Part shown: positions 15,201 through 24,420 of the stretch, in pieces
Numbering within the stretch: position 1 is the stretch's first letter
Layout: each line of letters starts with the position of its first letter
DNA from: a virus
Taxonomy: Duplodnaviria > Caudoviricetes
Virus record (IMG/VR): IMGVR_UViG_3300044617_001003
Coordinates: 1 to 56,310 of that record
DNA length: 56,310 nt
Direction: 5' to 3' (one strand)
The notes under the pieces: generated by a model
Told to the model about the DNA's origin: nothing
What the model saw: the letters and a program-made list of their open reading frames with translations, nothing else
Database searches by the model: none
Made by a program: the position numbers and the translations under genes

Positions 15201-17737
15201 ATCCGCACCCCCATCCGGAAGTCGACCGGGTCGTCGGAGATAATCAGTTCTCGCCTCGCCCTCGTCACGCCGACATACTCGACGCGACGCTCCTCGTCGT
15301 GCTGTGCCCTGTCGGACGACCGAGCCTCGTGGATCTTGCGGGTCAGGGTCGTCGACAGGACGACAACGTCGGCCTCCATGCCTTTCGCCGAGTGGACGCT
15401 CCCGAGGCGAATCTGTGGCCGTGCGGCCAAATCGGCGCCCCACTTCAGGGCCGCCGCCCGAAACTTCTCGCCGCCGTCGACCAGATCGGCCCAGGTTCCA
15501 CCAAGCACCCTGTCCACCATGGCCTGCGTCATGCCGGTGTCGCCGAGCGCCGACGGAAAGACAGCGTCCCAGCGGCGCTGCGTCTCCTCGCGGCGCCAGT
15601 TGGTCTTGGTGCCCCGCTCCAGCAGCGGGCCGTCCTTTCCTCGCGACGGAATCTCCTCGATGGCGCAGGCGAAGTCTTCGCCAGAAACAGCCTCGCCGTG
15701 TTCGAGATCCCAGAGCGCCCGGATCCCACGAAGGACCGCCGTGTCACTCTTTGCCTTGAGTTTCGCGAACGGCAGCCGCTTCTTGCGAAGCACTGCGGCC
15801 CACTCGTCCAGCATGAAGTTGCATCGGGCGAGGATCAGCGTGGGCTTCGTCGGATCGAGGCCGGGCACCACGCTGTCGGCACCCTGGCCGCGAGAAATCC
15901 TGCCGTCGTGGTCGGCCGGGGACACCTCCCTGTCGAAGTACCCCTCGTGCATTTGCCGCAGGCACTTCTCGCCGAGCGACAAGATCGGCGCGGGGCACCG
16001 GTATGACTTCGGCATGATCCGCTTCTTGTCGGCAGGCCACGACATGAAGTGCTTGGAGTCAGAGCCGCAGAATCCGTAGATCGAGTTCCCGGTGACATAG
16101 CCGTTTTCGACGACGTAGGTGTGGTATTTCTCGACTTCGAGGCTGTAGACCCTCGCCGTACTTCCAGGGGCGAGCCTGCGAATCGACTTGACGGCGACCC
16201 ACTCGCAGTGCGACCCGACCGTCCTGCTGCCTCGCGGCCCAGTTCCTCGCTTCTTCCTCTCCAGAACGCCGTCGATGAGCCGTGGCGCCAAGTGAATACC
16301 GGGCAACACATTGACAGCCTGAAGAAACCGGCCGGCGCGGCAGCCGTTCTTGCTCCTGTCTGCTTTTTGACAGAACGGAAACAGGATGTCTCGGTCGTGG
16401 TCGTCGAGGCATCGGCGACCGGAATCAGTCATGTCGCCCATTGCGGAGAACACGCCGTCGATGAACTCTCGGCTCAGGTTCGTCTTCCCGTGCGGCGGCC
16501 GAAACGTCACCTGCGGGATGCCGTACCGGCACGACACGATCTGCTCGTGCATTCTGGCATCGCGGTCGGTGTCGAACACTTTGAGAACCCAGACAGAGTC
16601 AGCGTCTTCTTGATTCATTCGCATCTTGAGCCTGAACTCGCCGTTCTTCTCGGATCGCTTTTTCGAGAACATCTGCACCGTACCTACCCGCCACCGGTTG
16701 CCTTTTCGCATCAGGTAGGTCGCGTATGCCTCGCGCTTTTTCGTTCGGACGTACCACTTGTGGTTCGTCGTACAGACTGACTTGGTGCCGTCCTCGAACG
16801 TGACCTCGATCAAGTCTCGCGAATCAACATCTCGCCACGCCTTTCTGAACGGGATCTGCTTGCTCGTTCCGTAGAACCTACCCTCGTTCTTCGAGAACGC
16901 GATCAGTTTGTCGGTCCTGGGGTCGAGATCCTCGATCGGCTTGTAGCCAGACGCGGTCAGGACGGGTGTCCCTTCAAGGGAGCATTGAAAGGGGTCTCCC
17001 GCGACGTAAACCCACGCCACCTCCGGCCCGCTGGCGAGCCGGCGGCAGACCTTGTCCACCAAGGCCGAGGCATCCTGTGCCTCGTCGAAGATCCACGCCC
17101 TCACGCCGGCCGGCAGTTCGCCTTCCGGGTCAGTGAAGTAGAAGCCGTCGGCCTCGAAGTGGATGCCGGCGTACCGGGCAAGCAGGTCCGTAAAGTCAGA
17201 CCTGTTCTCCAGACGCTTGGCCTGCTCGTACCGGTCAACCAACTGCTTGCAGCGGGCGAACGGCGGCACCTCTCGGCCGGCGCGCACCATCCTCTCAACC
17301 GTTTTCTTGAGCGGCTCAATACGCGCCCGGCTGACATCCCAGCATTCCAGTGCTGCGGCCGCCGTCTTGTCTCCAGCATACCTGACCCGGCCGTCGTCCT
17401 CGTCCAGTAGCGTCCGGATGTCGACCTTCAGGGCTCCGGCAAGCCAAATCTGGCTCTCCTTCTTGTCGTCGATCATCTGGCCCTTCACGATCCCCAACTG
17501 CTTGTGGCAGATGCCGTGGGCCGTCTTGAACCAGCCGTCTCGGGACAGAACCTCCACCGGAACGCCCCAGGCGAGGCTCGCCCGCTCGACGGCCTCCTGC
17601 CGGGCGGCCTTCGTCATGCTTGCGAAACCGACAGCAAACGGGCTGCCGCCGAGGGCCGACTTGGCCCCCTCCATGACCCGGAGAAGTTCCGTAGTCTTCC
17701 CAGACCCCGCAGATCCAATGAGCATTGCTGTTTTCAT
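15197..17737 (-). CDS. UvrD/REP-like SF1 helicase containing an intein
   Basis: GSAGSGKT, DEAQD, GDPFQ|SIYGF, SYRCP, SVHSAKGMEAD, EERRVEYVGVTRAR. Confidence 0.92.
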   Translation of the reverse strand: MKTAMLIGSAGSGKTTELLRVMEGAKSALGGSPFAVGFASMTKAARQEAVERASLAWGVPVEVLSRDGWFKTAHGICHKQLGIVKGQMIDDKKESQIWLAGALKVDIRTLLDEDDGRVRYAGDKTAAAALECWDVSRARIEPLKKTVERMVRAGREVPPFARCKQLVDRYEQAKRLENRSDFTDLLARYAGIHFEADGFYFTDPEGELPAGVRAWIFDEAQDASALVDKVCRRLASGPEVAWVYVAGDPFQCSLEGTPVLTASGYKPIEDLDPRTDKLIAFSKNEGRFYGTSKQIPFRKAWRDVDSRDLIEVTFEDGTKSVCTTNHKWYVRTKKREAYATYLMRKGNRWRVGTVQMFSKKRSEKNGEFRLKMRMNQEDADSVWVLKVFDTDRDARMHEQIVSCRYGIPQVTFRPPHGKTNLSREFIDGVFSAMGDMTDSGRRCLDDHDRDILFPFCQKADRSKNGCRAGRFLQAVNVLPGIHLAPRLIDGVLERKKRGTGPRGSRTVGSHCEWVAVKSIRRLAPGSTARVYSLEVEKYHTYVVENGYVTGNSIYGFCGSDSKHFMSWPADKKRIMPKSYRCPAPILSLGEKCLRQMHEGYFDREVSPADHDGRISRGQGADSVVPGLDPTKPTLILARCNFMLDEWAAVLRKKRLPFAKLKAKSDTAVLRGIRALWDLEHGEAVSGEDFACAIEEIPSRGKDGPLLERGTKTNWRREETQRRWDAVFPSALGDTGMTQAMVDRVLGGTWADLVDGGEKFRAAALKWGADLAARPQIRLGSVHSAKGMEADVVVLSTTLTRKIHEARSSDRAQHDEERRVEYVGVTRARRELIISDDPVDFRMGVRI
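16085..16984 (-). mobile_element. 300-aa intein in helicase motif III
   Basis: Begins CSLEGTPVLT, block B CTTNHKW, ends VYSLEVEKYHTYVVENGYVTGN before Ser; excision restores GDPFQSIYGF. Confidence 0.92.
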
Positions 17738-17874
17738 GACCACAAAACCAAAAACCGTTTTATTCCCAGGATTTGTGGTACGTCGTAAACCCTTGCAAAC
17801 AGGGCACTTACGACTCGAAAACCACAAAACCAGAAAACCAACGCAAAATGAGGATGCGAAACGTCGTTTTTTTT
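17738..17874. other. putative replication origin
   Basis: AT-rich gap after Prim-Pol; ACCACAAAACCA x2, an inverted TTTGTGGT, and a GTCGTAA...TTACGAC hairpin. Confidence 0.6.
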
Positions 17875-19590
17875 CTAATTACTAGCCGGAACTTCCACGG
17901 TCGCCCGGAAGCCGTCGGGCACCTCGCCGGCAGCGATCCGCTCCAGGGCACGGATATGCCGCCCGGTGAACCGGATGTACCGCCGGGATGACCCGCCGTC
18001 GCTCAGGTGCCGGCCGGTCAGGAAACTGGCCTCCCCGGTCGAGGCGAGGATCAGCCGCTTCATCTTGAGTTTGTCGCCCTCCTCAAGACGCCGCTGGGGC
18101 CGCCCGATGTCCTCCCAGAGCCTCGACCAGCCGAACCAGAGTTCCCACACGCCGTCCTTGGATCGGACCCACACGGGCCTGCCAGACGGGTCTGGCTCGC
18201 CGTCGTCCTCCTCCTCCTCGCCCGGCTCGGGGACAATGCACAGGGAGTCGAGGATCCAGCCCGCCACGGCGGCGTACCGGAGGTTCTCGGCCGTCGCCTC
18301 CTCCTGCAGAGCCTCGTCCATCAGTTTGGCCTTCAGCCCCCGGGCCGCCGGCTGGCCGGCTCGCGGGCCACGGGTGCGGGCCGCCGTGCCGCACCAGATG
18401 ACGCCCCACTCCTCCGGCACGGCGTCGAGGATGACCGTGTGGGTGGCCTCCAGAACGGCACAGGCCACCTTGGCCGCCGACCGGTAGGTCTCAGCGTCCA
18501 TGGTTACGTCTACCGTCTTGGTCTCGCCCTTCGAGAACACCGGGATCGAGAGGACGAACGTGACCGGGTCGGAATGGACGACCTTGAGCCGCCACTGGCC
18601 CGGGAACCACTCGCCGTCCCGGTACTCCAGGCCGTTCAGGGTGAATGGGCAGTCCACGCGATCTTCTTCAGCCGGCCCGTCGTCCTCGCCGCCTGACTCG
18701 ATCCGCTCGGCGAGTTTCTGCTTCAAGAACTCCGGCCCGCCGCCCTCCGACCGCACCTTGATGGCCCACCGCAGTTGGCCACGCCAGATGTTCTCGACTT
18801 CATGCTCGGGGAGCGGCGGAACGCACTGGGTCGCGTTGATCGCCTTGGACTCGATCAGGGTGTCCTGCTGTTCCTGCGGGTCGTGTGGGTCCAGCATCTT
18901 CACGCACTTCGAGGCGATGTAGCGGACCATCGTCAGGTGCCTCGACCCGGCGTCGGCCTTCTTGTGGAGGATCTCGCTGGCCGGCGCCTTGCCGATCTCG
19001 CTGCCACGCCCCCCCGTCGCCGCGACGATCGCCTGCATGAGTTGCGGCGGGATCTCGGCAACGTCGACCTCGTCGGGGCCGAATCCATACTTCCACCGGT
19101 ATCTGACCCCCGAGGCGTGAATGCTGGGCGGAAACACCGACTGCGCCCCCTTGCCGCCGCCGCCGATTCGCACTTCGAGGCCGCCGATCTTGATGACGGC
19201 CTGCTCCGGCAGGCGATCGTCGAACCGAAAGATCCGATGCTCGCTGCGGTGCGAAATGTAGGTCGGCGTCTCGACCAGATGCAGGCCGAACTTCTCGGCT
19301 GTCTCTTTGCCTGCTTCGTCGTCCCACTCGATGTCGACGATGCCTGACTCTTTGCCGAGGGCCACGCCGATGTTCGCGTTCGTCACGCCGTCGAACCAAT
19401 CAGCCAGCGTGTCCTCGTCGGTGGTGGCGATCCGCTGCCACTTCGGATGCACCGGATGCTTGCCGGGCGTCCCGCACGCTGTCCCGTAGTGGCAGGTGCA
19501 GGTCTTGCCGTCCTCGCGAAGCCCGTTGATCGGGAGCGCCCGCCAGCCCTTCGCCGCGTAGAGCGCAGCGGCTTTGAACATATCTTCCAT
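17875..19590 (-). CDS. bifunctional primase/polymerase (Prim-Pol + PriCT-like)
   Basis: A..YA.KGW...P, CTC...CGTPGKHP, NIGVALG, DIEWD, PPSIH.SG..Y.W, PPLPE.EV..I. Confidence 0.88.
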   Translation of the reverse strand: MEDMFKAAALYAAKGWRALPINGLREDGKTCTCHYGTACGTPGKHPVHPKWQRIATTDEDTLADWFDGVTNANIGVALGKESGIVDIEWDDEAGKETAEKFGLHLVETPTYISHRSEHRIFRFDDRLPEQAVIKIGGLEVRIGGGGKGAQSVFPPSIHASGVRYRWKYGFGPDEVDVAEIPPQLMQAIVAATGGRGSEIGKAPASEILHKKADAGSRHLTMVRYIASKCVKMLDPHDPQEQQDTLIESKAINATQCVPPLPEHEVENIWRGQLRWAIKVRSEGGGPEFLKQKLAERIESGGEDDGPAEEDRVDCPFTLNGLEYRDGEWFPGQWRLKVVHSDPVTFVLSIPVFSKGETKTVDVTMDAETYRSAAKVACAVLEATHTVILDAVPEEWGVIWCGTAARTRGPRAGQPAARGLKAKLMDEALQEEATAENLRYAAVAGWILDSLCIVPEPGEEEEDDGEPDPSGRPVWVRSKDGVWELWFGWSRLWEDIGRPQRRLEEGDKLKMKRLILASTGEASFLTGRHLSDGGSSRRYIRFTGRHIRALERIAAGEVPDGFRATVEVPASN

Positions 19591-19606
19591 GAATCACCTC
19601 CATGCG

Positions 19607-19650
19607 AAAAAATGGCGCCGCCGGGGAGGGGGACCAGCCCCGGCGGCGCC
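19607..19650 (-). terminator. Rho-independent terminator/attenuator upstream of primase
   Basis: 13-bp GC stem GGCGCCGCCGGGG/CCCCGGCGGCGCC followed by ATTTTTT on the minus strand. Confidence 0.7.
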
Positions 19651-19782
19651 TTGCGGCTGTCTGGTGCGGCTGTGGGAGAAGGCACCCCGCAGTCAGACAA
19701 CTTCCAGCGTTACGACGCCACTACTGGCTAGGCGACCGGCCCACGATTCTGTGGGTTTCAGGCCGCCGGCCCAGCCGTTGAA

Positions 19783-20559
19783 CTACTCCTCGCCGAGATC
19801 GTCCGACGCGACCGCCGAGGCAATCGGCGGCGCGGTGAACATGGCGCGGATCGGGTCGGCGTAGACTCGCTTCGCAACGTCGCCCTGCGTCTGCGTGATG
19901 GTGCCGACGAGGCGAGGGACGATCTGGCTGTAGGGCTGGCCGCCCTTGCCCTTCGCCTTCACCAACTTCAGCCCGATGACCGCCTCGTGCGGGAACACCG
20001 GCAGCCGCTTCAGGAACGGGATGATGTTCCTCAGTGATCCCGGGCCGACGGTGACGAGGATGGGCCACGTTTCGCCCTGGCGAAGAATCGCCAGAACACG
20101 GGCTTCCTTGCACCGCTTCCCGTTGCCGTTCCGGCCCGACCCGTAGCCAAACTCAGGGCCGGTCGAGAGCGACACCCAATCGTACTTTCGCTCGCCGATC
20201 CGGTACCGCTCCAGCGACTCCGGGTTGATGGACCCGAGTTCGTCCGACACGCGGTACGCGACCTGCAGGTCGTTCGTGACGAGGACCGGCCGCATTTCAG
20301 ACGGATCTTCCTCTGGCCACAAGACACCTCGCTTTCCGATGCCGACCAGCAGGCCGACGATCTCGTCGCTGGTCGTGACGTTGCCGTCAACGTCGATCGA
20401 CCACTGCGTCGCCCCGCCGAGCGGCGTCTTGACGCGAACGAGGTCCGTCTCCTGCATCCCCTCGCCTTCGAGGTTCGAGGCGATGATCTGCATTTGCCTC
20501 GAATCCGGAGCGAGGGCCGGGTAATCAACCGCCTTCACCGCCAACTCTGCCGTGGCCAT
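19783..20559 (-). CDS. replication-module protein, probable ssDNA-binding protein
   Basis: Position, FG.G..G.GK.CKE.R motif, acidic C-terminal tail. Confidence 0.55.
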   Translation of the reverse strand: MATAELAVKAVDYPALAPDSRQMQIIASNLEGEGMQETDLVRVKTPLGGATQWSIDVDGNVTTSDEIVGLLVGIGKRGVLWPEEDPSEMRPVLVTNDLQVAYRVSDELGSINPESLERYRIGERKYDWVSLSTGPEFGYGSGRNGNGKRCKEARVLAILRQGETWPILVTVGPGSLRNIIPFLKRLPVFPHEAVIGLKLVKAKGKGGQPYSQIVPRLVGTITQTQGDVAKRVYADPIRAMFTAPPIASAVASDDLGEE

Positions 20560-20598
20560 TTGTGGCCTCCTGTAGTTATGTGGAACCGACCAAGTACG

Positions 20599-21051
20599 TC
20601 AGCCAACCGTGACATGACGCAGTTTCATCTCCGTGTATTCACCGACGAGGCCGTCGAACGGCGTCCCGGCGGCGAACGGAGAGCCGGCCTCCCTGCCGGC
20701 TTCCTTTGCCCGCTCGACGAGCCATGCCTTGAGCGTGGTCGTCGCAACCGTCGTGATCGCATCCTCGATCCCGGCGGCACGCGCTGCCTCCAGCACCGCG
20801 TCTCGCCGATCCTTCGGCACCGACAGGTGAAGGCTCTCCTCCACCCGCCAACTCCTCCCTGCGACCCGAACTCCGTCGAGCCGTTGTGTCGTCATCTCCT
20901 CGACGGCGAGCGTCTCTAAATTCGCCCTCCGCTTCTTCATGTCGTCGACCTGTGCAGAAAGCGTGCCAATCTGCTTGTCGAGCGACGAGATTTCTTCAAG
21001 AAGCCCCGACAGCCCGTCGTGTGATTCTGTAGCCAATAATGAGTGCATCAA
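20599..21051 (-). CDS. coiled-coil phage replication-module protein (start uncertain)
   Basis: Coiled-coil N-terminus; TTLKAWL.E motif. Confidence 0.7.
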   Translation of the reverse strand: MMHSLLATESHDGLSGLLEEISSLDKQIGTLSAQVDDMKKRRANLETLAVEEMTTQRLDGVRVAGRSWRVEESLHLSVPKDRRDAVLEAARAAGIEDAITTVATTTLKAWLVERAKEAGREAGSPFAAGTPFDGLVGEYTEMKLRHVTVG

Positions 21052-22372
21052 TGACCTCCTGCCTGCTTTCGAGCGCCTTGTAGACTGAACCGTCGACAGT
21101 CATGCCGCCGTCTACCGTAGCGACAAGGCTGTAGAAGTGCGTTTTCTTGGTCTGGCCTGGGCGGTGCAGCCTTGCGATCGCCTGCAGGTACTCGCTCAGG
21201 CTGTGGCCCAGCGAGTAGAACACGCCGTAGGCCGCCCTGGTCAGGTCGATGCCGATGCCACCGCTGGCTGTGTTGGCCACAAGCACCGTTGTCTTTCCGG
21301 CCTGCCAATCGGCCAGTTCGTTCTGCCGGCCGTTCAAGACACTGACCTCGCGGCCGGCATTCTTGCACGCAGCCACGGCAGCCTCGCCGTCGGCCTTGAA
21401 GCGGTGAAACACGACGAGCGGCTCGCTGGGGTCCAAACAGTCGAGGATATCAGCCAGCGCCGCCCCCTTGCTGGGAGTGTCGTCGATTTTCTTGGCGTCC
21501 CGATCTCCGTCGGCGTGGACATTCCCGCCGCAGATTTCGAGTAGCCGCGTCAACTGCACCAGCACGTTGGCGGGCGTCACCTCGGCGTCACCGATCGTGG
21601 CGCAGAAATCCTGCTCCAGCGCCTTGTAGAGCCGGGCTTCTGCCGGCGAGAGTTCTACGTCCACTTGCTCGTGCATGATGTCTGGCAGATCCAAAACGTC
21701 CTCTGACCGTCGATGAAACGTCGTTTCTGCAACCTTCGTGCCAAACTCATCTGTGTTTCTGTAGCCAACTACCCACCCTGGGTAGCCTGGGCGGGATATG
21801 GCGTATCGTGACCGAAAGGCCGTATAGGAAGTTCCGAACGTCTTGCACTCCGGGGATTCGACAGCCCGGTAGACGCCGTAGGCGTCGAGCGGCGAGTGAG
21901 CGAGCATGGTGCCCGACAGGCCGACTCGCTTGGCGGTCGGGTTCTTTTTGCCCATTCGTGCGGCCCACCGAGAGGCGGTGCCGGATGGACTCTTGAGTTT
22001 GTGGATCTCGTCGTAGACGAGGCAGTCCCACGGCGTCTTTTCGAGCGACGGGATACGCCACGCCGACTCGTAGTTCGTGACGACGATGACCGGCCTGGAG
22101 TCTGAAAGGGCCGCCCGCAAGGCCTCGTCCTTCTGCTTGGACGACCCCTTATCCAGCAGCACGACGCGCCACTCGGGCAGCCAGAGGCCGGCCTGCTTTT
22201 TCCAGGCTGGGATCACAGCCTTCGGGCAGCACACCAGAACCCTTGCGAGATTTTCAGCCCGCAGGATCTCAAGAAGGGCGCGCGACTTGCCTGTGCCCAT
22301 CCCCATATGCAGGAGAACGCAGAGCCGGCCGAGCGCCCACTGAACTGCCTCTTGCTGGTGTTTCCAGAGCAT
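20996..22372 (-). CDS. SNF2-like SF2 helicase
   Basis: MGMGTGKS, DEIH, LSGT, GGIGIDLT, QAIARLHRPGQ. Confidence 0.92.
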   Translation of the reverse strand: MLWKHQQEAVQWALGRLCVLLHMGMGTGKSRALLEILRAENLARVLVCCPKAVIPAWKKQAGLWLPEWRVVLLDKGSSKQKDEALRAALSDSRPVIVVTNYESAWRIPSLEKTPWDCLVYDEIHKLKSPSGTASRWAARMGKKNPTAKRVGLSGTMLAHSPLDAYGVYRAVESPECKTFGTSYTAFRSRYAISRPGYPGWVVGYRNTDEFGTKVAETTFHRRSEDVLDLPDIMHEQVDVELSPAEARLYKALEQDFCATIGDAEVTPANVLVQLTRLLEICGGNVHADGDRDAKKIDDTPSKGAALADILDCLDPSEPLVVFHRFKADGEAAVAACKNAGREVSVLNGRQNELADWQAGKTTVLVANTASGGIGIDLTRAAYGVFYSLGHSLSEYLQAIARLHRPGQTKKTHFYSLVATVDGGMTVDGSVYKALESRQEVIDALIIGYRITRRAVGAS

Positions 22373-22394
22373 CTGCCCCTCCTTGGCGGAAGGG

Positions 22395-22422
22395 AAGATA
22401 GCAGTCACTGGCTACCGGTCAA
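22395..22422 (-). promoter_or_regulatory. putative promoter of replication operon
   Basis: TTGACC-N16-TATCTT. Confidence 0.5.
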
Positions 22423-22930
22423 CAGTTTTTCGCTTGCGGCCGCGCTTTTTGCCGGCCTGCTCCAGTTTGGACACCTCCGCCGCGTGTCGCTGGCACGACT
22501 CGCGGGAGACGATCCAGATTCGAGCGCCGCCGGCCCGCCCGGAGGTCAGGACACGGCCCACGATCTTCCCGCTTTCGACGAGCCGTGGCACGAGCGTCCA
22601 GTAGACGCCCATGGCTTTGGCGGCCTCCTCTACGCTGATGGCGTCGCCGAAGGCGATTCGGGGCCGCTTCTTGGAGGCCAGCGCCTTCACCATCCCGGGC
22701 CGCAGATCCAGGGCCGTCCTGGGCCGTCGCGTGACGACCCGCTTTTCGATGTAGTCCTGATAGTTCTGCTCGCAGTCCTCTCTGGAGTAGACGGCGAACT
22801 CCCGCCCGTCCTGGCCGGAGACCGCCCGGGAGACGATGTCCCCCTTGGCGGCCATCTTGGCTGGCCGAGACCAGTGAACCCCCATGAGGCAGGCTGCCTC
22901 CCACGGCCCGATTGCTTCGTCGTTGCTCAT
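22412..22930 (-). CDS. duplicated HTH DNA-binding protein (repressor/excisionase candidate)
   Basis: Two repeats, EAACLMGVHW and EAAKAMGVYW; divergent from the integrase. Confidence 0.75.
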   Translation of the reverse strand: MSNDEAIGPWEAACLMGVHWSRPAKMAAKGDIVSRAVSGQDGREFAVYSREDCEQNYQDYIEKRVVTRRPRTALDLRPGMVKALASKKRPRIAFGDAISVEEAAKAMGVYWTLVPRLVESGKIVGRVLTSGRAGGARIWIVSRESCQRHAAEVSKLEQAGKKRGRKRKTVDR

Positions 22931-22958
22931 GCCGGTATTCTCGGCACAGACCCCCTGC

Positions 22959-22987
22959 TTGACAATGCTACTGGAGGCGAGAACAAT
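22959..22987 (+). promoter_or_regulatory. putative sigma70 promoter for integrase operon
   Basis: TTGACA-N17-AACAAT. Confidence 0.55.
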
Positions 22988-23015
22988 CTACTGCGTCACA
23001 AGGAGGAGACGCAAG

Positions 23016-23213
23016 ATGAAGCGATGGATCGTAGTGATTGATTGGATTGACGGTGACGTTGAGGACTCCGACGAGTTGACCGTTCTCGCGAGAAGCGAGG
23101 CCGAGGCTGTGACTGCGGCGGTTGAGTCGTGGGTGGAATCAAACGAATGGCCGTCCTGTGCGTTGCAGGGCGTCTCGGTTTTCTCTCCGAAACGACTTCG
23201 GGGACTTGCCTGA
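23016..23213 (+). CDS. small acidic hypothetical protein
   Basis: AAGGAGGAG RBS. Confidence 0.7.
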   Translation: MKRWIVVIDWIDGDVEDSDELTVLARSEAEAVTAAVESWVESNEWPSCALQGVSVFSPKRLRGLA

Positions 23214-23261
23214 CCGCAGGGAGGTGGTAGATCACCGCTACGGCGGGTCGGAGAACCACCC

Positions 23262-24128
23262 ATGTTGCTGGAAGACTTCTTGAGGGACATCTACGTCCCT
23301 CTCAAGGGCATCTGTGCCCAGACCGAGTTGCTCTACAAGATGACGATTGCGGAGTTCGGCAAATCGTTGGGCAAAGACCCGGAACTTGCCGACCTCGAAG
23401 AACTCAAAGTCGCCAAGTTTCTGGCCAAGCGAGTCCGCGAGCGCAAGCCGGCCACGGCGGCCAAGGACCGCAGCCAAATCCGCGCTTTGTGGGAGTTGGC
23501 GGCCCGCAGGCGCATGGTCAACGAGTGGCCGACGATTTCTAGGATCCGGGTGCCAGAGCGCGTCCCGGAGGCGTGGCTGACGGGCGAGATGGAGTCGCTG
23601 CTCGTCTCGGCGTCCCTGGAGACTTCTAGGTACGTCGGCATTCCGGCGGCGCTCTGGTGGCGAGCCATCCTGCTGGTCTGCTACGACACCGGGGAGCGCA
23701 TCGGCTCTGTGGTGTCGGCTCGGTGGCGAGACGTTCGCGGCGGCAGCATTTTGTTCGTCGCCGAAAACAGGAAGGGGAAGCGTCGGGACATTCTTCGTGC
23801 CCTCAAGCCGGAGACGCTCGCCGCCCTGCAGGTGATCCGCTTTGACCGCGAACCCGGCGACCTCGTGTTCCCATGGCCCAGGTCTCGCGGCTACCTGTGG
23901 AGGCGGCTTGAAATCATTCTGAAGCGGGCCGGGCTGCCGCACGACCGGTCGTGCAAGTTCCACAAGATCAGGCGCACGACGGCCAGTTATTCGGCCGCTG
24001 CCGGCCTGTCGGCCCAGGAGATCCTCGATCACTCAGACCCGAAGGTCACTCGCCGCTACATCGACCCGAGGATCGTCACTCAGCCGACGGCGGCCGATGT
24101 CATTCCGCCGCTTCGGGAGCCGGCGTGA
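23262..24128 (+). CDS. tyrosine recombinase/integrase
   Basis: TGERIG (R), RKGK (K), FHKIRR (HxxR), LDHS (H), TRRY (Y). Confidence 0.9.
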   Translation: MLLEDFLRDIYVPLKGICAQTELLYKMTIAEFGKSLGKDPELADLEELKVAKFLAKRVRERKPATAAKDRSQIRALWELAARRRMVNEWPTISRIRVPERVPEAWLTGEMESLLVSASLETSRYVGIPAALWWRAILLVCYDTGERIGSVVSARWRDVRGGSILFVAENRKGKRRDILRALKPETLAALQVIRFDREPGDLVFPWPRSRGYLWRRLEIILKRAGLPHDRSCKFHKIRRTTASYSAAAGLSAQEILDHSDPKVTRRYIDPRIVTQPTAADVIPPLREPA

Positions 24129-24420
24129 CCACCAACCCCGCCACCTCGCTCATCGGCACCACCTCCACCTGCGCCATGATCTCTGGCGTCAGTTGTTCAA
24201 CGGCCCAGCCGAGTATGCCGCCGGGATAGAGTTCGCTCAGGAGATGCCCGCCCAGCATCCAGCGTCCATCGGTCAGTTGCGTGGCCGTCGCAACGTGTCG
24301 CGGATCGCCATGCTCCTGCTGAGTTGTGTACCAGACGACAGCGACCTCGTATGGGTAGACCATCGCAAGGTCTTTGCACTCGTCGTATGGCATCGGGAGC
24401 GTGAGGTCGGAGAGCCACAT
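24100..24420 (-). CDS. hypothetical protein (tail-fibre associated)
   Basis: TGATG-coupled to the tail fibre gene. Confidence 0.7.
   Translation of the reverse strand: MWLSDLTLPMPYDECKDLAMVYPYEVAVVWYTTQQEHGDPRHVATATQLTDGRWMLGGHLLSELYPGGILGWAVEQLTPEIMAQVEVVPMSEVAGLVVTPAPEAAE

Noticed and set aside
23262-24128. Tyrosine recombinase as the integron integrase for the attC array
   Set aside because: It lacks the IntI-specific insertion between the catalytic Lys and HxxR regions and lies 12 kb from the array. An ordinary phage integrase is more likely.
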